Below are positions 45,543 to 54,951 of a DNA stretch of 64,000 bases, one piece after another. Position 1 is the stretch's first letter. Each line of letters opens with the position of its first letter. Position numbers and translations under genes: made by a program. Source of the stretch: Candidatus Bathyarchaeota archaeon (GTDB taxonomy: Archaea > Thermoproteota > Bathyarchaeia > Bathyarchaeales > Bathycorpusculaceae); contig CAWHVC010000004.1 of NCBI GenBank assembly GCA_963832745.1, positions 167,754-231,753 of the forward strand. The letters are read 5' to 3'. The notes under the pieces are model-generated. The model worked only from the letters and a program-made list of their open reading frames with translations, did not search any database and had not been told where the DNA came from.

Positions 45543-46379
45543 ATGGGGATAATTAAAAACTCTAAAAAAGAGTTTCCGAGCGTCCTCGACAGTGCATATG
45601 AACAGTATAAACGAGATTTAGAACGTTACAAGCTTGTAGAAGAAATAATGACTCCTAAAGTAATCACTATCGCGCCTGAAGAGTCAATGGATAAAGCCGC
45701 AAGAATCATGGGAGCCAAACATATCGGCAGCTTAATTGTCAAAAAATATGATACCCCAGTTGGTATAGTAACAGAGCGAGACCTGCTAACCAAAGTTTTT
45801 GCTCAAAATAAGGAGCCAACACAAGAGAAAGTAGAAAACCACATGTCTTACCCGCTTGCAACTATTTGTTACACTGCCAAAATTAAAGAAGCTGCACAGG
45901 TTATGATTCAGAAAAAGTGTCGCTTGGGCGTTTTTGATTGTGGAAAAATGATGGGAATTGTTACTGCTTCTGATTTGATTCGAAGCTTGCCTGATATTCC
46001 AGAAACTGAAGCGTTGGTTGACAACTTTATGACTACGGACGTAATCACCGCTGACGAGTCGACACCTATACGTGTTATCGCTATGACTATGGGCGAAAAA
46101 CGTGTAGGAAGCGTTCTTGTCACAAAAAAAGAAAAGATTTCAGGAATTTTTACCGAACGCGATTTGCTTAACACTTTTATCAATGAAGTTGACGGTTTAG
46201 AATCAAACGTTGGGAAACACTCGACAGCAGAGTTAATCACGATACCTTCGGGGACAAGTGTTCATAATGCAGCAACAACCATGACGATGAAACAGATACG
46301 TCGTTTGCCTATTATGAAAGATGACAAGTTTGTGGGAATAATCACTGCGCGTGATCTAGTAGAAGCATACGCAAAATAA
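45543..46379 (+). CDS. Four-CBS-domain (two Bateman modules) protein
   Basis: I prefer ATG 45543 (the tracked start 45420 adds non-coding-looking sequence). Four repeats of the MTPKVITI...GIVTERDLL type. Confidence 0.8.
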   Translation: MGIIKNSKKEFPSVLDSAYEQYKRDLERYKLVEEIMTPKVITIAPEESMDKAARIMGAKHIGSLIVKKYDTPVGIVTERDLLTKVFAQNKEPTQEKVENHMSYPLATICYTAKIKEAAQVMIQKKCRLGVFDCGKMMGIVTASDLIRSLPDIPETEALVDNFMTTDVITADESTPIRVIAMTMGEKRVGSVLVTKKEKISGIFTERDLLNTFINEVDGLESNVGKHSTAELITIPSGTSVHNAATTMTMKQIRRLPIMKDDKFVGIITARDLVEAYAK

Positions 46380-46399
46380 ACCCATGTAGTAACTCATTT

Positions 46400-47206
46400 T
46401 TATTTTCGTTTGTTTTTTTGGGTAAATAGTATTAGGCATCCAAAAATGAATACTGCGAAGCTGATTATGTAAAGAATCCAAAGAGTTGTGCTACCTAATG
46501 TTTCGAGTTCTCTTTGCCACTGCCAAAAATAAGGTCCCTCTGGAAAGTCAGGGCTGACTGGAACGTCTGGCCAAGCTCCAATTAACAAATAAGTAAATCC
46601 GCTTAGTGTTAGAATTAGGCCGATAGCGGTTTTTTTGTTTGATTTAATTGGCTCTTTTATGATTGTGATGTATTCTTGGATGTCATTTTTTACGTTTTTC
46701 ATGCTTGTTGCCGAGTAGCCTTTTGTTAAACCAAACGCTACAAGTAACGTTATTCCTGTTGTTATTAAGATGAGGCTGGTTACGAAAAATTCGATGTATA
46801 ATGCTCTAATCAGCCATGTTGAGGTTAGGTATTTTTGTACATCATTTGCAAAGGCGAAGGGGTAGGCGGAGTTTGCTGTTAATAATGTGATTAAGCTTAG
46901 GCCTATAATTGTTGTCGTTGTCCCGTAAAATAAAAAATGATTTTTAATGTGTCTGAATAGGCTTTTTGCTGAAATAGCAAATCCTGTGAATATGATGATT
47001 ACGCCTGAATCATAAAGGGCTGAGACGTAGCCATTAAGCGTCCATCTGTTAATGTTCAATATTATGTCTTTTTGCCATCTGAACCAAAACCAATCCGGCT
47101 CCAGACTCAAAAATCTTCCAGCTATAACTAGTGCTATGCCACCGACTATTAAGAAAATGCTCAAAACTTGCCTCTTAGTTAGGGGTCCTATCTGGTCTTG
47201 TTCCAT
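46400..47206 (-). CDS. Hypothetical polytopic membrane protein
   Basis: 6-7 hydrophobic segments. No family recognised. Confidence 0.5.
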   Translation of the reverse strand: MEQDQIGPLTKRQVLSIFLIVGGIALVIAGRFLSLEPDWFWFRWQKDIILNINRWTLNGYVSALYDSGVIIIFTGFAISAKSLFRHIKNHFLFYGTTTTIIGLSLITLLTANSAYPFAFANDVQKYLTSTWLIRALYIEFFVTSLILITTGITLLVAFGLTKGYSATSMKNVKNDIQEYITIIKEPIKSNKKTAIGLILTLSGFTYLLIGAWPDVPVSPDFPEGPYFWQWQRELETLGSTTLWILYIISFAVFIFGCLILFTQKNKRK

Positions 47207-47755
47207 TATCTGTTAGTCACCAGCCGGGTTGGTGCTATAATTTAGCCAAGTTAATATGTATTTGGAGTTATATTGATTTTGGTTTAGCTAGAATTTGCTT
47301 TTTTAGATGATTTTGTTCTGCGTTAGGAAAAGTTTTTGAATCCTTAATTTCAAGAGATTCTTTATTTTTTGTCCAAACACCTAAATCTTTGTTTTGAACC
47401 TTATTTTTTGGTGAAAAATATGGGCCGATGTACCAAGACTGTTGGCGAACGTAGGCTTGGCAGAACCATCTACAAGCTTGGAAACAGCGTTGAATTCAGC
47501 AGCAAAGAATGTAACGTCAAAATGTCTGAAACAAAGACCAAAAAGCAGATTCAAGAAGAGCAAGGCTACACGGATGATTCGCCAGTTCAGAACCTGCGTG
47601 ATCCTAAAAGCTACAAAAAGTAGTCATAGCTTTTTTGTTGTTGCTCAGGGGCATTTTCTTTTTGTCTTGAATTAACTTTATGTAGTTTGTTTTGCTTTGA
47701 GTTGTAACTAAGCACGCACAGTTTACATAAGCCTAAACTGTCTGGGTGAAACTTT

Positions 47756-48322
47756 ATGACTGAGACACCAGCAACTCAAGCTTCTAATGGGGAACAGCCG
47801 ATAAAAGCTTCTGAACTGGACCCCAAGTTTAAGTATGAACTTGTAAAGATGCATGGAAGCGAAAATATCCTCAAATGCTTCCAATGTGGAACCTGCACCA
47901 GCGATTGCCCCGTTGCACGTTTCAGTGACAGTTACCGACCGCGTACTTTGATTCATATGGCAACTCTTGGCTTAAGAGACCGCGTGCTAAAAAGCGACAC
48001 ACTCTGGTTATGCGCAGCTTGCTTCACGTGTACCGACCGTTGCCCACAGGACGTTGAAGTGGCAAGCGTAATTCGTGTATTCCGCAACTTAGCCGTTGAA
48101 AACGGTTGCATACCCCAAGTTTTCAAAGACCAATTTGGGTCAGTTCTCGAGTCAGGTTACGCTTACAAAATCCCTGAATTACGCATTAAAAAGCGTGACT
48201 CCCAGGGGCTTCCACCGTTGCCTAAAGGTGACGCAGACAAAGTCCAAAAAGTCCTAAAAGGCTTAAAAATAATTGACAAAATCCAAAAACCTCAAGGAGA
48301 AAACGCAAATGCAAAACAATAA
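47756..48322 (+). CDS. hdrC: Heterodisulfide reductase subunit C-like (2x4Fe-4S)
   Basis: CFQCGTCTSDCP and CAACFTCTDRCP motifs. Confidence 0.8.
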   Translation: MTETPATQASNGEQPIKASELDPKFKYELVKMHGSENILKCFQCGTCTSDCPVARFSDSYRPRTLIHMATLGLRDRVLKSDTLWLCAACFTCTDRCPQDVEVASVIRVFRNLAVENGCIPQVFKDQFGSVLESGYAYKIPELRIKKRDSQGLPPLPKGDADKVQKVLKGLKIIDKIQKPQGENANAKQ

Positions 48323-49205
48323 GTACCTGATTTTTTTGGGCTGCGCTATTCCTTACCGTGTTTCCAGTTACGAAATTTCTTCACGCAAAGTGTTAGCTAA
48401 ACTTGGGGTTGAACTGGTTGAAATGCCTGAATTCAACTGTTGCGGTTTACCACTTGACCCCGTCAGCCATGAAGCAATGCTTGTGTTAGCTGCAAAAAAT
48501 TTGGCGCTTGCAGAAAAGGAAGGCTTAAACATCCTAACGTTATGCCCAGGCTGTGCAGGGACACTTAAGAAAGTTAACAAAATCCTAAAAGAAGACCCCT
48601 CGTTAAAGCAGAAAATTAACGAGCACCTTAAAGAAGCAGGTTTAGAATTTAAAGGAACAGTCGAAACCAAACATCTGCTTCAGTTTCTAAAAGAAGACGT
48701 TGGCTTAGAAAAAATCAAAGCAGCCGTCACAAAACCGTTAACAGGCCTAAAAGTTGCCGAACATAACGGTTGCCATATTCTGCGGCCTAAACAGTACATT
48801 GGGTTTGATGATCCTGAAGACCCGCAAACTCTTAAAATGCTGGTTGAAGCAACTGGCGCCACCTGCCTTGACTATGTTGACGAGACTGAATGTTGTGGTG
48901 CACCCAGCGTTGGGGTTAGCGATAAGGTTGCGTTGTCGCTTGCAAGAGATAAACTTAGCCACGTAAAAGATGTTCAAGCTCAAGCCTTGATAACTATCTG
49001 TCCATTCTGCCACATAATGTATGACACTAACGAGTTACGCATAGAGAAGATGTTCAACGAAGCATACGGCATTCCTATTCTGCATTACCCACAACTACTC
49101 GGCTTAGCCATGGGCATGAATCCTGACGAGTTAGCATTCAAAGACCTCCGAGTCGACGCTTCAAACATTCTAAAACAGGTTGCTGCAATTCCCGACAAAG
49201 TGTAA
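48309..49205 (+). CDS. hdrB: Heterodisulfide reductase subunit B-like (two CCG domains)
   Basis: ATG 48309 lies after AAGGAG. CCGLP...CPGC and CCGAPS...CPFC CCG-domain motifs. Overlaps the hdrC end. Confidence 0.8.
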   Translation: MQNNKYLIFLGCAIPYRVSSYEISSRKVLAKLGVELVEMPEFNCCGLPLDPVSHEAMLVLAAKNLALAEKEGLNILTLCPGCAGTLKKVNKILKEDPSLKQKINEHLKEAGLEFKGTVETKHLLQFLKEDVGLEKIKAAVTKPLTGLKVAEHNGCHILRPKQYIGFDDPEDPQTLKMLVEATGATCLDYVDETECCGAPSVGVSDKVALSLARDKLSHVKDVQAQALITICPFCHIMYDTNELRIEKMFNEAYGIPILHYPQLLGLAMGMNPDELAFKDLRVDASNILKQVAAIPDKV

Positions 49206-49301
49206 TCTTTTTTCTTTCATGTGACTTTTTTGGCGATTACTTTATTTTGCGATGATAAGTAATTAGACTTGACAGCTTACGTTATAATTTGGGGTTTAAA
49301 A

Positions 49302-50783
49302 TTGGCTCAAAAAAGCGTGTTAATTATCGGTGCAGGCATCGGCGGCTTATCCGCAGGTTGCTATGCCCAAATGAACGGTTTTCAAACACAAATTTTTGAA
49401 ATGTATACTCTCCCCGGCGGCCAATGTACTGCTTGGAAACGTGGCAGCTACATTTTCGACGGCTGCATCCACCACCTTGCAGGCTGCAAACCCGGAAAAC
49501 TCCTCTATGAGATGTGGGAAGAACTAGGCGCCCTGCCGCAAAGACCATTAATTTACCCCGCAGACCTATGCCAAGTTGAAGATGAATCGGGCAAACGGTT
49601 TACCGTTTACGTTAACCTTGACCAGCTACAGCAGCACATGCTTGAACTTGCACCCCAAGACAAGTCCGCCATTGAAGGCTACATTAACGCAGCTAAAAGC
49701 TTCATGGACTTGGACTTCTTGGAAACTGCGTTGCTTGAAGGTGCCGCTTTCACTCGGCGGTTCCTCAAAATGGGTACAGTTCTAACTAAGTACGGTGCAA
49801 ACATGACCAAGTACGCCGAAAAGTTTACTGACCCTTTTCTACGCAAGGTTTTTCCAACCATTCAGTATGACTGGACAGACATCCCCCTGTTCATTCACCT
49901 TAACATGATTGGCAACTGCGCCAGCAACAACTACGCTGTTCCAGCAGGCGGCTCACTCGAGTTTGCCAAAGCAATAGAGCAAAGATTCCTCAAACTCGGC
50001 GGCATTATCAATTACGGCAAAAAAGTCGACAAGATCCTTGTTGAAAACGATAAAGCCGTTGGCGTCCGCCTAAAAGACGGCACAGAGCACCGTGCAGACA
50101 TTGTGGTTTCTGACGCGTTTGGCTACACAACCATCTTCAGCTTGCTTGACGGCAAATATGTAGATGACAAAATAAAGAAGCAGTACGCTAAGCATCAAGA
50201 AAACATGGTTATGGGTATTCACGTTTCATTTGGAGTGAATCGTGACCTTTCAAAAGAGCCCCGTGCGTTGGTGTTGTTTCTTGAAAACCCTGTAACTATC
50301 GCCGATCGGGAACACGCTAAGCTAGATTTGGAACTATTTGGTTACGACCCAAGCCTTGCACCAAACGGGAAATCAGTCATTAAAGCCCTCATAAACACAA
50401 ACTACAGTTACTGGAAACAACTTTACAGTGACCCTGCAAAGTACAGGGCTGAAAAACAAAAAGTCGCTGACACTGTCCTGAAACTCCTGGAAAAACGGTT
50501 CCTCGGCATCCAAGGGCAAGTAGAAGTAGTCGACGTTGCCACGCCAATTACTACTGAACGTTTTGTCGGTGTCGGTCAAGGGTTCGAATCCAACTGGGGT
50601 TTCTCTGACGCGGTAAGCATGATGCGTGGTCAACCCAAAACCCTGCCTAAACTGCAAAACTTCTACATGGTTGGTTTCTCTGTTGGAGGCGGAGGCATTC
50701 CCGGTTGTGCCGCTATGGGACGCAACCTAGTCAAAAAACTCTGCAAGCAAGAACACGTTAGCTTTAATGCTTCAAAACCTTAA
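49302..50783 (+). CDS. Phytoene desaturase (CrtI)-family FAD/NAD(P)-dependent oxidoreductase
   Basis: SVLIIGAGIGGLSAG dinucleotide fold, C-terminal GGGIPG. Start TTG 49302 or 49269. Confidence 0.7.
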   Translation: MAQKSVLIIGAGIGGLSAGCYAQMNGFQTQIFEMYTLPGGQCTAWKRGSYIFDGCIHHLAGCKPGKLLYEMWEELGALPQRPLIYPADLCQVEDESGKRFTVYVNLDQLQQHMLELAPQDKSAIEGYINAAKSFMDLDFLETALLEGAAFTRRFLKMGTVLTKYGANMTKYAEKFTDPFLRKVFPTIQYDWTDIPLFIHLNMIGNCASNNYAVPAGGSLEFAKAIEQRFLKLGGIINYGKKVDKILVENDKAVGVRLKDGTEHRADIVVSDAFGYTTIFSLLDGKYVDDKIKKQYAKHQENMVMGIHVSFGVNRDLSKEPRALVLFLENPVTIADREHAKLDLELFGYDPSLAPNGKSVIKALINTNYSYWKQLYSDPAKYRAEKQKVADTVLKLLEKRFLGIQGQVEVVDVATPITTERFVGVGQGFESNWGFSDAVSMMRGQPKTLPKLQNFYMVGFSVGGGGIPGCAAMGRNLVKKLCKQEHVSFNASKP

Positions 50784-50882
50784 CGCGTTTTTCTTTTTGC
50801 TTGTTCTTGGTAAAAATTGTCAAAAAATTCTTGTTAAAAACCGTTTTAGCCTGCATCACTCAATAGCGTTGTTGGTGAAAAT

Positions 50883-51446
50883 ATGTCTACTCAAAATGAA
50901 CAAATTGAAACTGTTACTTTTCAAGCTTTAGCCCATCCTATTCGGCGGACAATAATTAGACTTGTTCAGTCTCACAGTCAAGGCGTCACCTACACGGAAT
51001 TACTTACTGACCTGGGGTTGCCTACTGGAAAACTGAACTATCATTTAGAACAACTTAAAGGGGTAATTGAAAAGGACAGCAGTAGCGCATATGTTTTAAC
51101 TTCGTTTGGCAAAAAAGCCGTTGAACATCTCAACCTAATAGAGCAGCGAACTAACAGTGAAGACCAAAAATACGTTCAAATTGCCAGTTTATCCCACAAA
51201 GGCAGCCTTCAACCAATAATCAAAAGCTTCCTGATACTAACAATCATAATGATGACGGTTTTCACGGGTTTATGGGTTTACATTGGCTGCATCGCATACA
51301 TAGAGGGTGCTCCATCAGTGGTTTTTGTGCTGCTGCCAATAGGGATTACTGTTGGACTTGGTGTGCTTTCAGTTTCAGTCTATGCTTTACTAAAAACGCC
51401 AATGTGGCTTAGACGTTTCGAGCAAAGGTTCTTTGGTGAAAGCTAA
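50883..51446 (+). CDS. ArsR-family winged-helix regulator fused to a C-terminal 2-TM segment
   Basis: FQALAHPIRRTIIRLV...VTYTELLTDLGLPTGKLNYHLEQL, then two hydrophobic helices. Confidence 0.7.
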   Translation: MSTQNEQIETVTFQALAHPIRRTIIRLVQSHSQGVTYTELLTDLGLPTGKLNYHLEQLKGVIEKDSSSAYVLTSFGKKAVEHLNLIEQRTNSEDQKYVQIASLSHKGSLQPIIKSFLILTIIMMTVFTGLWVYIGCIAYIEGAPSVVFVLLPIGITVGLGVLSVSVYALLKTPMWLRRFEQRFFGES

Positions 51447-51457
51447 CTCGCCAAAAT

Positions 51458-52192
51458 CTACCATCTTCCGCCTGCTCCACCACCGCCTGAACGTCCGCCA
51501 CCAATTCTTCCCCTACCTGCAACAGGCACAAAAATGCCAAGCACAACTATGACCACAATTAGCCAAAGGGGCATTCCGAAAAAGTACCAATCCCAGAATG
51601 GTGACGGCGTTTGGACGGGTTCGTTGGTGCTTTCGTAATAGTAGATGCCTCTTGCTGGAAGGTTGTTTGGTGTGGTTTGGGGTGGGATTTGTTCTCCTAA
51701 GGCTATGACTGTGTAGTACAAGCCTTTGCCATAATTGTTTTGCTGGAACTCTGGGACCAAATATTCTTGGGCAATCAGGTTGGCTTCAACGTCGGTTATG
51801 TCTCCTTCAAGCCCGTACCCAACTTCTATACGCCATTCCCGTTCCTCCAACGCTACCAGAACCAGTACGCCGTTGTCTTTGCCGCTTTTACCAATGCCTG
51901 TTTGTTCTCCATCCCAAACTTCCAATGGTTCATCGTTTAAAATTTGGACACCAAGCTGAACAATGTCATGGATTTCGTTGCCAGATTTGTCAGTTACTCC
52001 GTGACCAGAAAGTGAAGGCAGTACCACAACTACTATTTCAGCGGTTGTGTTCAGGTCAATTGAGTACGCGTAGTCTTCAATGCTTGCAACCCAATCGTTT
52101 TCAATATATTGAGCTTGACAGGGAATAGTAAACAGGACAGGGCTTACGATAAGGAACAAAAGCAAAAAAGGAATGAAACGGTTTTTTTGCAA
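51458..52192 (-). CDS. TPM-domain (YgcG-like) protein with a TM and Gly-rich tail
   Basis: AEIVVVVL..., NGVLVLVALEEREWRIEVGYGLEGDITD, C-terminal GGRSGGGGAGGRW. Confidence 0.8.
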   Translation of the reverse strand: MQKNRFIPFLLLFLIVSPVLFTIPCQAQYIENDWVASIEDYAYSIDLNTTAEIVVVVLPSLSGHGVTDKSGNEIHDIVQLGVQILNDEPLEVWDGEQTGIGKSGKDNGVLVLVALEEREWRIEVGYGLEGDITDVEANLIAQEYLVPEFQQNNYGKGLYYTVIALGEQIPPQTTPNNLPARGIYYYESTNEPVQTPSPFWDWYFFGMPLWLIVVIVVLGIFVPVAGRGRIGGGRSGGGGAGGRW

Positions 52193-52216
52193 ACCTTAGC
52201 CTTTACCTCAAACCGT

Positions 52217-52798
52217 TTAAAGGTTAACTTGGGGCGCAGTGTAAGCGGCTACTTGTGCTTCAAAGAATGCTCTGCTTTCATAGCCCCATCCTGCCGCCCA
52301 AAGGTTTGCAGGGAATACTTTGATGGCGGTGTTGTAGTCGCCGACTGCTTCGTTGTAACGCATGCGTTCTGTTGATATGCGGTTTTCTGTGCCTTCCAAT
52401 TCAATGATTAATGATTGGACTACGTCTGAGGCTTTTAGGTCTGGATAGGCTTCGACGCTTATGATTAACTGGGAAACGCCTGACTCCAAATTGTCTGTTG
52501 CGTTGCTGATTTCGTCGACGTTGCCGCCTGCTACTGCAGCATCCCATTGAGCACGTAAGCGCGTAACGTTTTCCAGCACGGAGCCTTCATAGGTCATGTA
52601 GGCTTTAGCTGCTGTTACAACGTTGGGTATCAAGTCGTAACGTCTTTGTAGTTCCTGATCAATCTGCGCCCACTTCTCGTCAACAGTAACGTTGAGGTTG
52701 ACAAGGTTGTTGTAGGTTGTAAAGTATAATGCAGCAAAACTTGCCACGATAATTATTGCGATAACCGCTATGGTTGCTACTACTATTTTGGTTTTCAT
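52217..52798 (-). CDS. lemA: LemA family protein
   Basis: I prefer ATG 52798. TM, then NNLVNLNVTVDEKWAQIDQELQRRYDLIPNVV and RMRYNEAVGDYN motifs. Confidence 0.85.
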   Translation of the reverse strand: MKTKIVVATIAVIAIIIVASFAALYFTTYNNLVNLNVTVDEKWAQIDQELQRRYDLIPNVVTAAKAYMTYEGSVLENVTRLRAQWDAAVAGGNVDEISNATDNLESGVSQLIISVEAYPDLKASDVVQSLIIELEGTENRISTERMRYNEAVGDYNTAIKVFPANLWAAGWGYESRAFFEAQVAAYTAPQVNL

Positions 52799-52893
52799 GC
52801 CAAGCATCTCTCCCTGCCGAAAATATCGGTGAATACATATATTTACTGATTGGTAAAAAAGCGAAATATTACCAGAACAGAAAGCGCAAAGTA

Positions 52894-53562
52894 TCAACTA
52901 CGCAACTTTTTTACCAGTTTCTGCAGCCTCTGAGCCGTCAACTTGACATTAAGGCTTGCTGGAACAGGATGTCCATGCGCTTCACAATGCCCATCCACAA
53001 TAGCTTTAGCGATAGCCTCCACAGTCGGCTCCTCCACGTCGATTGTTGTGTAGCCGAAACCGATTTGGGGACCATAATGCGCATCCGTGCCTGCAACTCT
53101 GGATAGATTGAATTTTTCTGCGGCTTCCGTGGCTTTTTTTACGCTTCTGCCAAACGGGAACGCTCTGGCATTGATGATTTCGATGGCGTCAAATTCTGCG
53201 CAGACCGCGTTGTTAAGGCATCCTTTTAGGAACACGTAGGGGTGACATGCAATTGCAACTCCTCCTGCCTCATGAATGCGCTGCACGGTTTCAACGGCTG
53301 TTAACCCTTTGGGAATAAGCTGGTTAACGTTTAAAGCTACGATGTGGCCTTCGCTGCTGGAAACCTCCATGCCAGGAATCACCAAGAAGTCTTTGGTTTC
53401 TTTGGCGATTTTTACTGCACCATCAAAATAGTTGTGGTCAGTGACTGCAACCGCGTTGAGCCCATTCTTTTTAGCGTAAAAGATGAGGTCTTTTGGGGTG
53501 ATCAGTGAATCGTTGGAGTAGGTGGTGTGTACGTGGAGATCAGCGCGGATTTGAACAGTCAT
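52894..53562 (-). CDS. PHP-domain metal-dependent phosphoesterase
   Basis: I prefer ATG 53562. DLHVHTTYSNDS, AVTDHN, CHPY, GTDAH motifs. Confidence 0.8.
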   Translation of the reverse strand: MTVQIRADLHVHTTYSNDSLITPKDLIFYAKKNGLNAVAVTDHNYFDGAVKIAKETKDFLVIPGMEVSSSEGHIVALNVNQLIPKGLTAVETVQRIHEAGGVAIACHPYVFLKGCLNNAVCAEFDAIEIINARAFPFGRSVKKATEAAEKFNLSRVAGTDAHYGPQIGFGYTTIDVEEPTVEAIAKAIVDGHCEAHGHPVPASLNVKLTAQRLQKLVKKLRS

Positions 53563-53611
53563 AATTAACCCTGTTTTCAAATGTTCACCGTTTAATATCT
53601 GTATTGCCACG

Positions 53612-54883
53612 TTAAACCATCAAAGGTTTAGGCGAAAAAACTGCTTTCCGCTTTATGATTAGTGTGACTGCGGCTAACGCAACCGTGGTTGCCAAGACTG
53701 CGATAATCCAGATTGTTGATGGTGAACTGGTTGGTTGAGCGGTTTCTGAATGGGTGGATTCGGGGTTGCTAATGGGTGTGAGAGTTGGTGCTGGTTCTGG
53801 GGTTGGAGTTGATGGCACTAACGAGTTTGGTCTAACGCTGTAAAGGGTGATATACGCTATTTCTTTGGTGTCTCCCCACATTTGTACTTGAACGCCTTGA
53901 TGGTTGCTAATAGGTTTGAAATAAAATGTTGCTGACCAGTAAGGGTACAGTTTCAGCGGGTCTCGCGTAGCATTACCTTCGTTAACGCCGCTATCGCTAA
54001 GCGCGTTGTTAAGTTCATTGCTGAATTGTCGTCCAAGAATCATGTTTAAGCCGATGTCTACTGTTGTCCAGTTAGGCGTAATATTTATGGGACCACTGGT
54101 TGTGCCAACTTGTACTGTGGCGGCATAGTTTTTGGCTGCCGCGAACATCAAAGCTTGAGCTTCCTCTTGGTTGACAACGCTTAGGCACCCGATGCTGTAG
54201 AGGTTCCATAAATCAGTAAAAATGAACGTATTAGTGTTAAAAGTGATACTCATGCCCTTGTTTGGCATGTCAACGCCATCAAGAGTGTAGCACCAACCAA
54301 TACTTGATTGCCCTATGCTCATCTTCATGTTGCCTTCTGTTATGTTGGTTGGAGTGAAGTCGCTTATGCCATTAAAGTTGGTTGGAGACCCATATGGTGG
54401 AGCGTTTGGGGTACTGCGAATCAGGCTTAGGGCTTGGGTAACCTGTGAAGCGTTTATACCATACTGCTCGGTAAAGTTTTGGTATCTTTCAAGAATATTT
54501 TTTGTTTCAACCAAAGCGTCATTTGACGGTTGCTTTGACCAAAAAATCGAGCCATTCATGGCGTTAACGTGTATCCACCAAATAAAGCCGTTATAGAAAA
54601 TGCCTGAAACCGATAAACTGCCACTGTTGGATTCAAGATTAAAGGTTGTACCTTCGTTTTTCACTTGACCACCAAACTCTGAAGGATAAGTGAGAGCATA
54701 ACCCTCATTTGTTATGTTGTACTGTGAGACGTCAATACCCATAACGTCGCCGACAAAAGCTAAAACCTCTTTTTCTACCGCTTTTACTCCTTCGGGCTGG
54801 TCTGCTTGGGAAGACTGAACAAGCACAGCTGAAAAAACAAGGACTACAACCACAAAGGCGCATGTTAACTTAGCTTTCCGCAA
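53612..54883 (-). CDS. Secreted surface protein with a PT-rich stalk and C-terminal TM anchor, function unknown
   Basis: Signal peptide CAFVVVVLVFSAVLVQSSQA, N-x-S/T-rich body, STPTPEPAPTLTP linker, TM IWIIAVLATTVALAAVTLII-KRK. Confidence 0.7.
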   Translation of the reverse strand: MRKAKLTCAFVVVVLVFSAVLVQSSQADQPEGVKAVEKEVLAFVGDVMGIDVSQYNITNEGYALTYPSEFGGQVKNEGTTFNLESNSGSLSVSGIFYNGFIWWIHVNAMNGSIFWSKQPSNDALVETKNILERYQNFTEQYGINASQVTQALSLIRSTPNAPPYGSPTNFNGISDFTPTNITEGNMKMSIGQSSIGWCYTLDGVDMPNKGMSITFNTNTFIFTDLWNLYSIGCLSVVNQEEAQALMFAAAKNYAATVQVGTTSGPINITPNWTTVDIGLNMILGRQFSNELNNALSDSGVNEGNATRDPLKLYPYWSATFYFKPISNHQGVQVQMWGDTKEIAYITLYSVRPNSLVPSTPTPEPAPTLTPISNPESTHSETAQPTSSPSTIWIIAVLATTVALAAVTLIIKRKAVFSPKPLMV

Positions 54884-54951
54884 TCTTTACTCTCCCAGTA
54901 TCTCAAGAATCAAAAGGAAAAAGTAAAGATAAAAAAGTTGCCTAGAAAAGC

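Noticed and set aside
47369-47675. Overlapping small ORFs (84, 77 and 60 aa) in the 550-bp gap before hdrC.
   Set aside because: They mutually overlap in different frames, and I see no recognisable domain or ribosome-binding site. The region more likely holds promoter or UTR sequence. A short MSETKTKKQIQEEQGYTDDSPVQNLRDPKSYKK peptide cannot be excluded.
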